A DNA stretch of 64,000 nt from Macrostomum lignano (taxonomy: Eukaryota), in contig NIVC01000045.1 in the NCBI GenBank assembly GCA_002269645.1, forward strand, positions 1 to 64,000, read 5' to 3'. Position numbers and translations under genes: made by a program. Shown piece by piece: positions 1-12,860 of this stretch (position 1 is the stretch's first letter; each line of letters opens with the position of its first letter). The notes under the pieces were generated by a model that was not told the DNA's origin, searched no databases, and saw only the letters and a program-made list of their open reading frames with translations.

Positions 1-7
1 TCTAAAG

Positions 8-262
8 CAGCGATCGGAAAACTCCGGCCCGCGAAGCCCTCTCTATCCGGACCTCGGGTTCTTTGAAACTTCACAATAGCGATCCAGCTCGCTCAAGGTT
101 TGTCTCTTCTCATCTCCTCCCCTAATCACATATCCTATCTCATCTCTCCTCCCTTTCTTCTTCTCTCTCCCCCATTCCCTCTCTTTGACGCGCTTGTCTG
201 GCCAGCAGCAATGATCTAGCTTCTTTACCCGGCCCTTGAAATAAAAAGTTTGTCGACCCCTG
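8..262. mobile_element. hAT (Charlie-like) MITE, about 255 bp
   Basis: Right end gtttgtcgacccctg (rc CAGGGGTCGACAAAC) resembles left end cagcgatcggaaaact. Flanked by (c)tctaaag at 1-7 and ctctaaag at 263-270, i.e. an 8-bp TSD of NTCTAGAN type truncated by the window edge. Confidence 0.65.
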
Positions 263-270
263 CTCTAAAG

Positions 271-620
271 CGACGAGATGTCACGGTACAAATCGCAAAA
301 GTGGTCAAAAAGTCGTATAGGAGAGTTAATTTGAGGCGTCTTATTGTCTGCGACTTTGAAACGACTTTTAAGCCGTAGATTCAGTCGTATTTGATGCGCG
401 CGCTAGATTTGCAGTAAAACCACTGGGTAGATTACCTTGATGAATATGAGTCAAATCTCTAAACAAATTTAGGCGTCAACACAGCAACTCTTTTGAGTCG
501 TCCAACTTACGTGGCGAGCTTGTACGCAACAGCCGCCTCCCAAACGAATTTGACGCGTTTGAGTCGTTAAAAAGTCACAATAGTCAATTCAGAGTCACTT
601 TAGAGTCACTAGCGAGTTGT
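271..620. repeat. Dispersed repeat, copy 1 (related copy at about 3205-3560)
   Basis: Shares cgacgagatgtcacggtac, tttgaggcgt(c/t)ttattgtctgc and gagtcactag..gagttgtttg blocks with 3205-3560; both lie in Crumbs introns. Confidence 0.55.
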
Positions 621-728
621 TTGAAATGACTTTAGTAAGTTTTCAAAGGGATTTTGGAGAGACTGAATAGGGGATTTGGGACTTTAGGAAATAAAAATCA
701 CAGATTAATACAAGCAAAATTCTCTCAC

Positions 729-3700
729 ACTCAAATCCACCGGAGCCGTCCAGATTGACGCACTGGGTGCCGTTCGGACACGAGCCGGCGGATGGGTGGC
801 ACAGGTCTCGGTCTGAGCAGTTGCGTCCTCGCCATCCAGCGGTGCAATTGCACCTACGAGTAAAAATGGAAAATTACTACCAAACTTATCAAATTAAATT
901 TTTGTAGTGACGCATGGATCTTAGTGGGGAGGTCATGGGAGCTCAAATGACTCTCTACAATAAAATAAAGAAGCAATCAGCAAAGCCTCACGAGTAGGAG
1001 TTGTAAAACATCCGAACAGTTCCCTCCATTCTGGCAGGGTGTGAAAGCTACGCAGACGCTCTCAGTGCGAGCCCAGTGGTCACTTCTGTGGAGTTGTCGG
1101 CGCTAACGGCTGTTGGCAGGCTGTCAATCAACCCGGCGGGCACAGGGCCCAGCAGTAGCGGCGTGTCACCGTTGAGTCTCACTGAGCTCAGCACTCCGCG
1201 AAATGCCGTTGTGTCATTGCCAACAGCTGCGGCGACACTGGATGCAGCGATCTCCTTGATCTGCTGACGCTGCCGCTCAACGGCGGAGCCGGGGCTGGCT
1301 TGGCGCCGCTGAAGCCGCCGATGATGAGCTGGCCTGACAGCTGCGGCAGCGGACTCGCACTGCTCAGCGATGCCGACCTGACTGAAGATGACACTGACAG
1401 CGACAGCGAGCGACCCGATATCGACACGGAGATATTTACGGAGACGAAGCTGCCGGTGGCCACCGAGTCTGAGGACGTCAGCGCTGCGATGTCGGAGCCG
1501 TTGCTGTGCAGTAACTGGGGCGGACAGACGGCCACTGTTGTCAATCTGAAAGTTAGTAAATGGCTCAACTGATAGTCAATGCAGTTTTGCTTTTGGACAA
1601 TTCAAGCATAGGACGAATATTTTTGAAAAACTACGCTTAGGACTAGCAAATAAATAAACAAATATTAATGTGCTTTGTTTGACGTTAATCCAAACAAGAC
1701 GTCGAGACACGCTGTTTACGGAAAAGCCACCGGTAAGATTCACGTAGTAAAAGTCAGTAATAAAAAACTGACTAATTATAAATGGATTCACTTGGATTCA
1801 TTTGGTTTTCTACAAAAGACACTGACCGAAGCGAGCAGTCTCGGAGTGGTCGCCGAGTCGCTCGGGTCGCCCAGCAGCAGCAGAAACGCTCCTCGAGACA
1901 AAGTCACCAGCCTCAGCTCAATCGTCCACGAGTCTCCGCCATACACACTTGACACACCTGCTGCAGACGCGAAGCTCGCTGATGACACGCTGCCGCCCAA
2001 ACCCAGTGAGAACGATGGAAGCTCAACGGAGCAGTTTCGGCCTCCGAAGCCCGCAGCGCAGTGGCACACAAAGTCATTCCACACATCTGAGCACATCGAG
2101 CTCGTCTTTGCTTCACAAGGCGACGGGCTGCCGCACTGCACCGACCGACTGCAGACTCCCCAGGTCGCGTTGCTCGACTCCGCCGTCCTCTCCGTAGCGA
2201 CCAATGTCGAGTCGTTCGTCACGAGCCGCAGGTCTCTCACGCAGCCGCGGAAGCCGCCGCCGTCGATGCCGGATCCGCTCTCGCCGCCGACACGAACTGA
2301 CATTCGACTGTTCGGCCTGAATGAGTCCGACAGTCCATCGACCAGCTGTGCTCCAGGCATCTGACTCACTCCTGACTCACTGCGACTCAATGTCGCACTG
2401 CCATTGGTCAGCGAGACCGACAGCGTCAGCCAATCAGTAGAGGCCAAGCTGTCACTGATTGGCCAAGCGGCCCGACCAATCAAAGACGATGAGGCATTGA
2501 AGAGCAACAACACGAGACTGGAGTCGTGAGCGCCGACTCGGATGTCTCCCCAGTGAGACGAGAGCCGGACCAGATCGAAGTGGGCGAGACTCGTGCGGAA
2601 CGACAGCTCGAAGGTGCAGTCAGCTGTTGTGGTGAAATTGGCGCTGAAACTGGACGTCCCGTTGAATGAAGCCAGAGTGTTCTCGTTGCACTGCGGTCCA
2701 GACCAGCCAGGCTTGCAGGTGCAGCGGTAGCCGTGATCAGGTGATGGCAGCTCGCGAAGAAGCAGCGGCTCGCAAGTAGCATTGTTCTCGCACGGGCTGG
2801 AGTCGCAGCCAGTCAGTCTGACGCTGCAGTTTTTGCCTCCGAACTCAGCGGTGCAGCCGGTGCAGGCATAATCCGCTACCAGATCCTTGCAGACGGCTCC
2901 GTTCTGACACGGCTGTCCGAACCGTTCGCACTCGTTTATGTCGATTGAGCAGGTCGGGCCCTCGTAGCCGGGCAGGCAGTGGCAGGTGAATGAGGCCAGG
3001 CCGTCCGTGCAGCTCGACGCGTGAGCGCACAGGCTGCGGTTGGTGGCCGGGTCCAGACAGTCGTTCGGGTTGATGGAGCAGTCATTTCCAGATGAGCCTT
3101 TGGTGCAGAAAATGAACTATATTGGATAGTAATTTGAGTGCAGGTGGACAAGTTGCAGGGAACACAGGTAAAAAAGCAAAGAAGTGACTCTAGACGACTC
3201 CAAAACGACGAGATGTCACGGTACCAGTCGTCAAAGTCCTTTAAGAGTCAATTTGAGGCGTTTTATTGTCTGCAACTAGTAAGTAAGCTGCGTTACTTTT
3301 TAAATTAGAATCGCATTTCGCACTAATAACTTATAGCAACTCTATTTAGTCTACTGAAGTTATCAGAAAGTTAAGCGCTAACACGATGGCTTTTGGAGGA
3401 CTTTTTCGCGACTGTTTTAACAATTTTTGAAAGCATTCGATGTGCTCGTGACTCAAAACTCGCATCTTTATCTTATTACAGTCGTTTGAGTTGTTAAACG
3501 ACACTAGGGTCACTAGGTCACTAGTCGTTTGAGTCACTAGGGAGTTGTTTGCAATGACACTTTAGCGATTCTTGTAACGCTAAGTGATAAGTGATAGTGG
3601 TAAGTTTAAATAACATATGATTCATACCGTTAGAAGTCAGTATTCCTTAAAGCACTTAGACCGACTTCTATCGGTCTAATTAAATGTTAGTGCAACGATC

Positions 3701-6700
3701 AAATAACACTACGATATGAGTTCGCTTGGCCAAGGTAGCTTCATTTCATCGATTTTAAAAAACTCAATTCATTATGCCACATGTCGACGGATTCTAAAAT
3801 GACTTGCCTTTAAATACATTTTAAGTCCAAGGGTTTTTTCAGGTTGCGAGCACACTATGATATTAAGGGTCGCTTACACAAGCCTATGGTGTAAGGCTCA
3901 AAAGCGTTAGTTTCAAATTTTGTCGCAAATTGTTTAAATTGTGAACAAATGGCAGTGAGTGGACTCAGTGAATAGCAGAAGCTAACTGAACTCAGAAGAG
4001 AACTTACCATTCGGACAGAGGCACACAAACCCAGCAGCCGCTGAATAGTTAAACACACCATCAAATGGATATGGCAGGCTGGCATTGCCATACAGAGCCT
4101 GGTTGCTTCTCTCTAAGCAGGTGCCATTGTAGTGGCACGGGTTTGGACTGCAGTCCGGCTCATCCACCGTGCAGTTCCTGCCGGAGTAGCCAGCCAGACA
4201 CTGGCATGTGTAATTTTTCACTCCGTCAATGCAGACGCCACCGTTGGAGCAGGGGTTGGATGGTGAAGCGCAATCGTCAATGTTTTCGCTGCAGTTGGCA
4301 CCGCGAAATCCCGTATCGGAGCAGTTGCAGGTGTAGCTGTCAAGGTGTGGGCGCATTTTATGGGTTTAAATTAACCCACTTGACTATATAATAGAATTGA
4401 TTGAACCGAAAATATACATTATGAAGAATGAAGGTTTTCATTTTTTTCAGCACAAAAGTCGTTATTGCTTTTGATAGAAAAGAGAGCCAGTGGTTATATT
4501 GTGATATATACTCAGCAACATTGAAAATTCGCCATTCTAGCTGTAGCTTTATAGCTTTATAGATTCGTAGCTTTAATCCGTCCAACCCTAGCACACCGCT
4601 TCCCCCACTTCATTCCTGAACTCAAGTCTGCCGCGTGGCGTAGCTAAGCTGCGTCACTCGCAAAGATCGAGAGACTTTACCTGCGATCTCAAAAGTGGCG
4701 ACTACATAGTGAATATTCTGTGATGGCGACTTTTCGATGTTGCTGAGTATATATCTTGCCTTTTTTAAAGCTTTTCCTTTATAAAATACTCGTAGGATTC
4801 CATGTTAAATATAGGGGGGCCGTAGCCCAGCGGTAGCGGAGCTGCTCTGGTGTGCCAGCGACCCAGGCTCGATTCCAAGTGCAGTCACATTAATTTGGGG
4901 CTGAATTGGAATCTCGGCTTGGCTCTGCTCGTGCAATTAACGGCTTTGAGAGCCAACCCCCCCAAGGCGCAGTGAAGTGTACATGTCTAACGATAATATA
5001 AAGTTAGGGCCGCTGTACACTCCTGTGTGAGCGTGTGCCTGCGTACGTATCCGCGCGCTTGTATGCCTGCTCAGGGGAGTCGGCGGAATGGGCAGTAATG
5101 CCTCTCGCCGGTTGTGTGCCTATGTCGCTTAAAGTGCGCCAGGGTGCACACAACCCCCTGCCTCTAATAAAAAAATCCTGCGTCTTATGCCTAAAATCAC
5201 TCGCTGGTTTTAAGAATCAATTTAATCATTCTGGTACACATTTTGTTACACAAGTCAGAGATGAAATAAATAAAAAAATTGAACCCGTGCAAACAGAAAC
5301 GCCTAATCTTTCTGCAGAGAGCGCCAACCCCTGAGTCATAAACGGAGTGCAACACAATAAAGTGAAATCGTCCGTAAAAATTGTTTTTCTACCAACCTAG
5401 AATTGCCATCGATGCACTGACCGCCATTCAGACAGGCGCCAGCAAAGCAGTCATTAATGTTTGCTGAGCAGTGCCGACCTTGCCAGCCCTGATAGCAACT
5501 GCAGGTGTAGTTATTGATTAAATCTTTACACAGGCCGTTTATGCACGGATTGGTGGCGCAGTCGTCAATGTTGTTCTCGCAGCGGGTGCCTGCATTTGTG
5601 AGGTTGGTTGGTTCGCATTGCCTATGGAAATTCATATTTTTATGACTGATTTTATCGCGACTCTGTGAATCAGTGAGCCATTGATTGCTTTAATGAGAAC
5701 CTTTGATAAACAGGTAAACACTTGAACAGAAACTCTCCAAAGAGGTATTGTGAAAAATACTACATGTAACTAAAAATAACTGTGACTGTGAAGTGAATGA
5801 AGATTTAAAACAATAAAACACAATAACAGAAGAGAAAAGGGAGAAAGAAGGAAGAAAAGGTGAGATGATATGGAGAGAGTAAAGGGAGAGAGACAGGTGG
5901 AGAGGGAGAGAGAAGAGGGAGAGAGGAAAGGATAGAAGAGGGGCGGAAAAGAGGAAGAATGAGAGAAGTGAGAATAGAAGAGGGGGATGAGAGAGTGAGA
6001 GAAGAGAGAAAGAAGGATGAGAGGGCAGAGAGGAGAGAGAGGAGCGAGGAGCGGAGAGTGGGAGGAGTGGATAGGAGAGTTGGAGGGAGAGACAGGAAGG
6101 TGAACTCACCTAAAGGACACTACTCAAAGCTATGTACAAACAAATACTCCCATGACTCCCAAGAATGTGCTTGCATTACAAGCCAATAACATATATGCAA
6201 TAAAAATTACAACTTGAAACAGGCAGTTAAATAAAATTCAAGCCTCAAGCATCTGTGTTGCCAGCAATAACTGATAATAGTTATGCAATACCACGAATTT
6301 GAAAATGCAAGCTCAACTCCAAGAAAGCAAGCCATTTATAAAGTGCAACCCTAATAACTGTAGCTAATGAAGCACAATTAAAAGTCAGACTCAGACACAG
6401 GTGCTTAATTGAGCTACACTTTAACCTCTAAGCTTTTAAGCCCCATTATGCGGTGAAAAAGCCCATTGTATTTAAGTGGAGTTTTGATTAAAAATCTTTA
6501 CAAATTAGCAAATATAATAAAATGTTCAAAACAATTAGTGAATGAATAGAAATTTTTGAACGCCATAAACCAGGCAATAAATGTTTAGTGTGGTTACCTC
6601 TCTAGTTAGTAGGTTAAAGATCTGTTAATGTTTTGCGGCACAAATGAGATGATTTATGACAGTTTAGCTTAAAATTGCAGTTGCTCCCGCAGTATTGGGG

Positions 6701-8179
6701 GGGGGGCAAGGGGGCAAACGACCCTAGTAACGAGAGGGGAGGGGGTGGGGTGGGCGAGGACTTCCAGTATTGAGGGGGCAAATGACCTCAGTATTAAGAG
6801 GGGGGCAAACGACTTCAGTATTGAGTGGGGGGCAAATGACCCCAGTATTGAGGGGGGCAAATGACCCCAGTATTGAGGGGGGCAAATGACCTCAGTATTG
6901 AGGGGGGCAAATGACCTCAGTATTGAGTGGGGGGGCAAATGACCCCAGTATTGAGGGGGGCATATGACCTCAGTATTAAGAGGGGGGCAAACGACTTCAG
7001 TATTGAGTGGGGGGCAAATGACCCCAGTATTGAGGGGGGCATATGACCTCAGTATTAAGAGGGGGGGGCAAATAACTTCAGTATTGAGTGGGGGGCAAAT
7101 GACCCGTATTAAGGGTGGGCAAATGACCCCAGCATTGGGGAGGGGCAAATGACCTCATTTTGAAGGGGGGAAATGAAGAGCAAATGAATTTATGTAAACA
7201 TTCAAACCGATTACAGTAATCATTAAATAAATAAATAATCCATTAAGAAGAATATCCAAATAACACACAAACAAACCGCATCAACTCACCATTGAATCCC
7301 GGCAAGCAACTGCAGTTGAAGTAGGGCTCAGTCAGCACAGTACCAAGGCATGTACCGTTCAGACAGACGGGAGCAACTTTGGGGTCGATGCCAATCTCGG
7401 GCTGTGCCGTGGTACAATAGTCAATAATGACGGTGCAAGTCTGCCCAGTGTAGGGCAGACTGCACAGACACATATCTTTGCCATTGACGGTGACACAGAC
7501 TCCGCCATTTTTGCAGTCGGGATTGCAAACTGCACGCCTTTGGCGAGATAGAAGTTCTGAGTTGGAATCTATGGGAAAATTGAAATACATTGTTTAATAA
7601 AAATGAGATGTGGGGAGTACTGATTCGGAAACTTTAGTATTATGAAGGACACTATTCTGTTTATTGCAAAATTATTTTTTAAACAAGGCTAAGAAAGCAG
7701 AAACTAGACTGTTTTGACTATTAAAATTCTATTCAAATTCAATACTATAATCTATACATAACTGGATAAGGGAATTGAACATTTTATATTATACCTGCCG
7801 CAATAGGCAGATGTGCAACTGACAGCTCAGCCAAAGCTATTGTGTGGCGCATCCAAAGCTGTTCAGTCCAAGGACTGGGGGGTCGCCACACACTTCCTCA
7901 ATCACTCCAGCTAATGCTGGCACCCATTTTACAGCTGGGTGAACTGAATCAATGCAGAGTTAAGTGTCTTGCTCAAGGACACAAATTGTTCCAAGTGGGA
8001 CGAGAACCTTACAGCTATGAGTCCAACACTTAAGCCACTAGGCTACAACCCTTTTTACAATATCTTATAAATATTAAATATTCAAAGAACTTACTATGGA
8101 ACAGTTCAGCTGTGACAGGCATAATGATAACCAAAATCAAGGCACACATCAGTATTGTTAAAACACTATGAGAAGCCAT
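729..8179 (-). CDS. crb: Crumbs homolog, 5' portion (signal peptide, 9 EGF, LamG, EGF, LamG, EGF, EGF); continues beyond window start
   Basis: Exons by GT-AG and phase: 8179-8095 ([25 protein letters not shown] signal peptide), 7568-7290, 5589-5397, 4336-4008, 3097-1827, 1545-992, 853-729. Crumbs-type long-loop EGF ([10 protein letters not shown]...[11 protein letters not shown]) and [18 protein letters not shown]...HGYRCTC immediately before LamG1 (SFRT...[10 protein letters not shown]). Exon 1545-992 contains indels. Confidence 0.85.
3205..3560. repeat. Dispersed repeat, copy 2 (related to 271-620)
   Basis: Shared sequence blocks with 271-620. Confidence 0.55.
4815..5165 (+). mobile_element. 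tRNA-derived SINE, family B
   Basis: Head ggggccgtagcccagcggtag (A-box-like) and ggctcgattcc (B-box-like). Whole body matches the reverse complement of 62275-62825; the tail also matches 48785-48840. Confidence 0.7.
5830..6100. repeat. GA-rich low-complexity tract
   Basis: Almost pure purine (G/A) run in a Crumbs intron. Confidence 0.85.
6765..7165. repeat. G-rich minisatellite, about 25-28 bp unit (gggggcaaatgacc(c/t)cagtattga)
   Basis: Tandem copies read directly; each carries a G5-G8 run. Confidence 0.9.
7805..8047 (-). mobile_element. tRNA-derived SINE, family A
   Basis: Reverse complement of the cagttcacccagctgtaaaatgggtgccagcattagctgggg core seen at 11583, 37395 and 39437. Confidence 0.75.
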
Positions 8180-11100
8180 GACAATAGCTGCTGTCTATTG
8201 ATAGCTAAAGAGCAGGTCCAATTTAAATTTTTGCTGCAATGAAGAAATTAACAAAATGAATTTGCTCAAGTTATCAATATTAGAATAACTCAAAGATATT
8301 ATAAAATGCATTAATACTAGGAAGAATATTTATATAATAAGATCCAATCATTGATTAGTTAGAGATTAGTATAAGTAAGTACCATGAAAATAGATTTATA
8401 TAAGCTAGGTTAATTTATTGAAAATCCCTTTTTGGCTAATGCATATTGCATAGGCTCTTTTAGAAACATGCATATACTTTGTTTTGAATGTACTTTAAAT
8501 GTTTCTTATCTGTAGCTTCAACTATTTAATGCTTATCTATTTTGTTTGTTTTTGATCAATTATATCAATTATTCTCTTTTTGTCTATATTTCTGTTTTTC
8601 TTGTTGAATATTGTATTTATTTAATTTTTATATTCATCTTGCTTAATCTTCTTATAACTTTTAGTGCTTTGTTCATTAGTCTTGCATTATATCTACTTTG
8701 GCTACTTTGTCATGTAGCCAAATTTGCTAGCTGTTATGAATTTACAGGAACAGGGCCTAGAAAAAATCTCATTCTTTGTCCAACTCATTATTTCATAGAC
8801 AAGGAAAGTCTAGACAAAATGAGGGGACTTCTTAAACTTTAGATACATAGGAAGGTAAAGTTTAGGTATATAAAATATATCCCTATAGATAATCCTCCAA
8901 CCCTAAAATCCCATTTCTCTGCCCAGTGGTTGGCTTTTAGCTACAAAAATGAAGCTAAAATTTGAAATCAGCACTATCAAAAACCTCTATGTTTTATAAA
9001 GATAAAAATATGATCAAAACTATAAAATTTTCTTAACCTAAGCTCTATAGCCAGGATAGCTTTTTTTCATGGAAAATTCAGGGCAAATTTAGCCTAGCCA
9101 AAGGAAAGTGGGCCAAGGCAGGTCAAGCTTTTACTATTTAAGGTAGATTGGGGCAAAGCAAGGACAAATAGGGCTAGGTTAGGAACAAAGTAGGGTAAGG
9201 ACAAGGAGCAACAAAGTGGTTGATTGACATGCTAGAATAGCCAAGCCATGTTGTCTATTTGTTGGCCAATATTGCAATGTAGATCTAGATAAAAATGAGT
9301 TATTGCCCAAATTAGACATTGGGGGAAAAATAAAGACTACTTCAAGCCCAGGGCATTAGGGTAAATTTATGAGTCTGAATTTTGGAGAATCAGGGCATTG
9401 GAGCAGAAAGTTTTTTGGTCTTAAATATATTCTAGGTATGCATTCCATGATACTGACTATAGCCTGACTGACAAACCTTAACTAAAAGAAGACAAGTTTT
9501 ATTTAAATAGAAATAAACTGACACATATTATATTACCACCTAAAATTAGAGATGCACTTTCCCTAGCTTCCCAAAGCCAAAGGGAGTGCTAGGCCTAATG
9601 TTAGTGCATAGGCCTACTCTAGAATATATGCGCTAGGCCTAGCTTACCTAGTGTTAAATTATATAGGTCGTTTTGTCATGAAAAGTAGGTTCGTACATCT
9701 TAATCTTACTTTTAAATTTTTTAGATTGCCAAATTCTACTGCAATAACGTGGCAACAGCCGCAAGACACAATGGCGTCAGTCAATGGAAGCGAAGGTCTG
9801 AAGTATACTTGATTCTATAGATGTATATTTATTTGACCGAAAAAAGTTATTACCAAAAAATTTGAAGGGACGACTACTCTTACGTTACCAGTAACGCTAT
9901 CACTTATCAGTTACGTTACCTCCGTCACTATCACTTGGGCGTGTGTGTATCGATTAATAACAGGAAAAAGTTCGCTGCACGCTGCATGTTAAAAATTTTT
10001 CTAGAACGCAAATAATACAACTGCAGAGATGATAATAAAGCAAAAAGCTTAAATTTTAAGCAAACTTTGTCATTTAAATGTCAATTAAAATTTGTAAAAA
10101 TGTATTTTTAACATTAAAGCAAGTAATTTTTGTTTTACGACGTCCAAAACCGTCTTTGATTTAACGCGAATTCCATCTGTTTGATCTGATCTGGATAAAT
10201 TGATATAAAATGATCTATCATCTGATTTCTGATGATAAGGCTTATCCATTACAATTAGCAAAATAGTTGGCAGACTTCGACACCTAATTGCACTGTTAAA
10301 TATCCATCATGACTTCTTGACTAAAGATAACATGCAAGAAAAATTCGAAAAGATATGCGCATTCCATGCATCCATATAATTGATCAAGAAGACGCAATGA
10401 ATAAAATGTCATGTCAAAGTTCCCTTTGTAGAGCAAGTTTAGTTCCCGCTCAAATTCTGGAAGTCAGCAACTGTAATGCAGTATTTAGATCTTAAATTAT
10501 CTCGCTCAGTTGAAAAAGCAATATATATTTCGCCTTCATATACATTTACATATACGTCTGCCTTATAGTTTCAATAAATTTTATAGCTTGTACGTATAGA
10601 CTTCCGCATATACAATTTAAGTACTCAATTAACTCCCTTACAATCCTAATTGATGCATGTTCGTGTTTTATAGTTGGACAAGCGCACTTATACGAGATGC
10701 TTTTTCATACCATAATTTGATTTAATTTTCATTAACAAATCATCAGTTTATAGTTTTATTACAATCGTTATTGTAAGCCTTAATTTAGTTATTACATGTA
10801 CATGCACACATTCAAAAGTATTACACGTACATTTATCAGTTGCATTTACTTAAGTCGTCCGTGTTTTGATAGCACGTACAATTAATTTACAGTTACGTAC
10901 GTATAAATTCACGGAAAAATGTCAAAATTCCGAGGATTCGACATGGTAGAATTCCGTTGAATTGCGTGAAAAAATGTATTGGCTGGCGGGAAACTATGCA
11001 AAATGCAATTGGTTTAGCCGGTGGCCTAATTTTATTTGCATATCTAGATTAACAAAAAATATTTTTGCAAAATGTACATGTACAGTAAATTTTGTCTGAA

Positions 11101-11582
11101 AAAATTAAGCACAAGAAAAAATTCTGAAGGCGGCGCATGCAGCTAACAGCTTGAGAAAGAAAGCAATTAATATTGAGTAACAATTTTTTGTTTGAAAAAA
11201 TAACGCCAAGGCAATAGTGACCAGCTCGGCACAATTCTCTGCTGGTATCTGTGCGGCGGCATATATGATCATGTCTGGCAAAAAGCCAAAGAATTAATTA
11301 AGGCTGCCCTCGAACCAATTATTATGTGAGGCTTTGGAACACGTACGCAGCGAGGGGTTCCCTGAAGAGAAGACGGCCTTTAGTGAGTGGGAATGTTAAA
11401 AGCTCCGCAGTACGGATCCCCAGTAGGATCTTTTGCTTAGGGCCCTTGTTAGGGTCCATTGCGGCTGTAAAGAGGCAAAGTATTGCTGGTCAAAGTCAAA
11501 CTCTGTCTTCTGTTCTGTGTCACATTGCTGTACTACTAGTACCCAAAACTTGAATGTCAAATTACATGTACATGTAATTTTG

Positions 11583-11825
11583 TTGGGGGTTCGATTCTCG
11601 ACCTAACTCGTAACAATTAGCGTCCTTGAGCAAGACAATTAACTCTGCATTGGTACAGTTCACCCAGCTGTAAAATGGGTGCCAGCATTAGCTGGGGTAA
11701 TTGAGGGTGTGTCTGGCGACTTCCCAGTCCTGGACTGAACAGCCGTTACGCAGCCTTCAGATACGCCGCGAAATAGCTGCGGCTGAGCTGTCGGTTGCAC
11801 ATCTGCCCATTTTAGGCAGGTGTTC
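11583..11825 (+). mobile_element. tRNA-derived SINE, family A
   Basis: ggggttcgattc B-box, then ccttgagcaagac..cacccagctgtaaaatgggtgccagcattagctgggg core. Confidence 0.75.
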
Positions 11826-12684
11826 ATGTAATCAATTACGAAAGTATTGTTGAATATCGACAGTTGTACTAATTTTACAACCATTCGGTCTCTTACAAAA
11901 ACATACAAAAGGCATCATGTAAACACGAAATTTGTGAAATGCAAGTAAACTCGAGATGATACTCCGACGTCGCTAATAAGACGTTAATAATGCCGGAAAA
12001 ATATGGAAATCAATTCAGCGGCCAGCCGCTTTTGGGCCACTTTTGGAATTGAGACAGCCTGATAAGCGGCCTGATAGCGGCGATCTCTTTGTCGGCACCT
12101 GTTTAAGCATTTTTGTCAGCAGAATGCTCTGTACGAACGTGCGACTCACTAAACGAAACAACTAGCTTCGAAAAAGCTAGCCATTCTATAAAGTAAAAAA
12201 TTGAAGCCAATATAGTGATTCATAGCAATTGAGATCTCTTTGCTTGCACTGCTGTGCTCAAAAAAGTTCTCTTCCCCACTGAGCACTAAGAGAACAACAT
12301 GGGAAAAATGACAAAATGTTATTTTCTTTGCCCATGAGCAGAGAGAATGTTATAGACTGCACAGTTCGTCTCAACTTGACTGTCAACTAAACAATCTGCT
12401 GCAGACCGTTCTGAACTGAGTCAGTCGTGTTCTTTAAAATCAAAGTCTGTTCCGATAATTCAGTTGAAATTTCTGCTTTTCAATGCATGCAATCAAAAGA
12501 CCTAGGAACAGTGTATCAAATTTACAGAGACGATTCTAAACTGCGAAATGTTGCTTGTGAGTAAAAACTTGATTATTTTGAAAGATTTCAAAGCATTTAA
12601 CTTAATAGCACTTTGCCATCCCATACAAAATCCGAAGACGTTTATCGACGTCGATGACAAATATGCTCGTATGGGTACTTTTAC

Positions 12685-12860
12685 ATGACATCGATACGCT
12701 CTAACATGTATGTACTTTAACATGACATCGATACGCTCTAACATGTATGTACTTTAACATGACATCGATACGCTCTAACATGTATGTACTTTAACATGAC
12801 ATCGATACGCTCTAACATGTATGTACTTTAACATGACATCGATACGCTCGTATGTACTTT
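12685..12860. repeat. 37-bp tandem repeat (catgacatcgatacgctctaacatgtatgtactttaa), about 4.5 copies
   Basis: Exact period 37 (12721, 12758, ...). Confidence 0.9.

Noticed and set aside
1675-2364. 229-aa plus-strand ORF and other short plus ORFs at 1076-2197
   Set aside because: Antisense shadows of GC-rich Crumbs exons; no independent motifs.
4815-4890. Possible tRNA genes (also 37395-37470 and 62750-62825)
   Set aside because: A/B-box-like heads continue into multi-copy SINE bodies, and I could not build a full cloverleaf.
6669-7152. ORFs of repeated PLNTEVIC type
   Set aside because: Translation of a minisatellite.
12685-12860. 37-bp repeats of CRISPR-like length
   Set aside because: Head-to-tail with no spacers, eukaryotic context, no cas genes.
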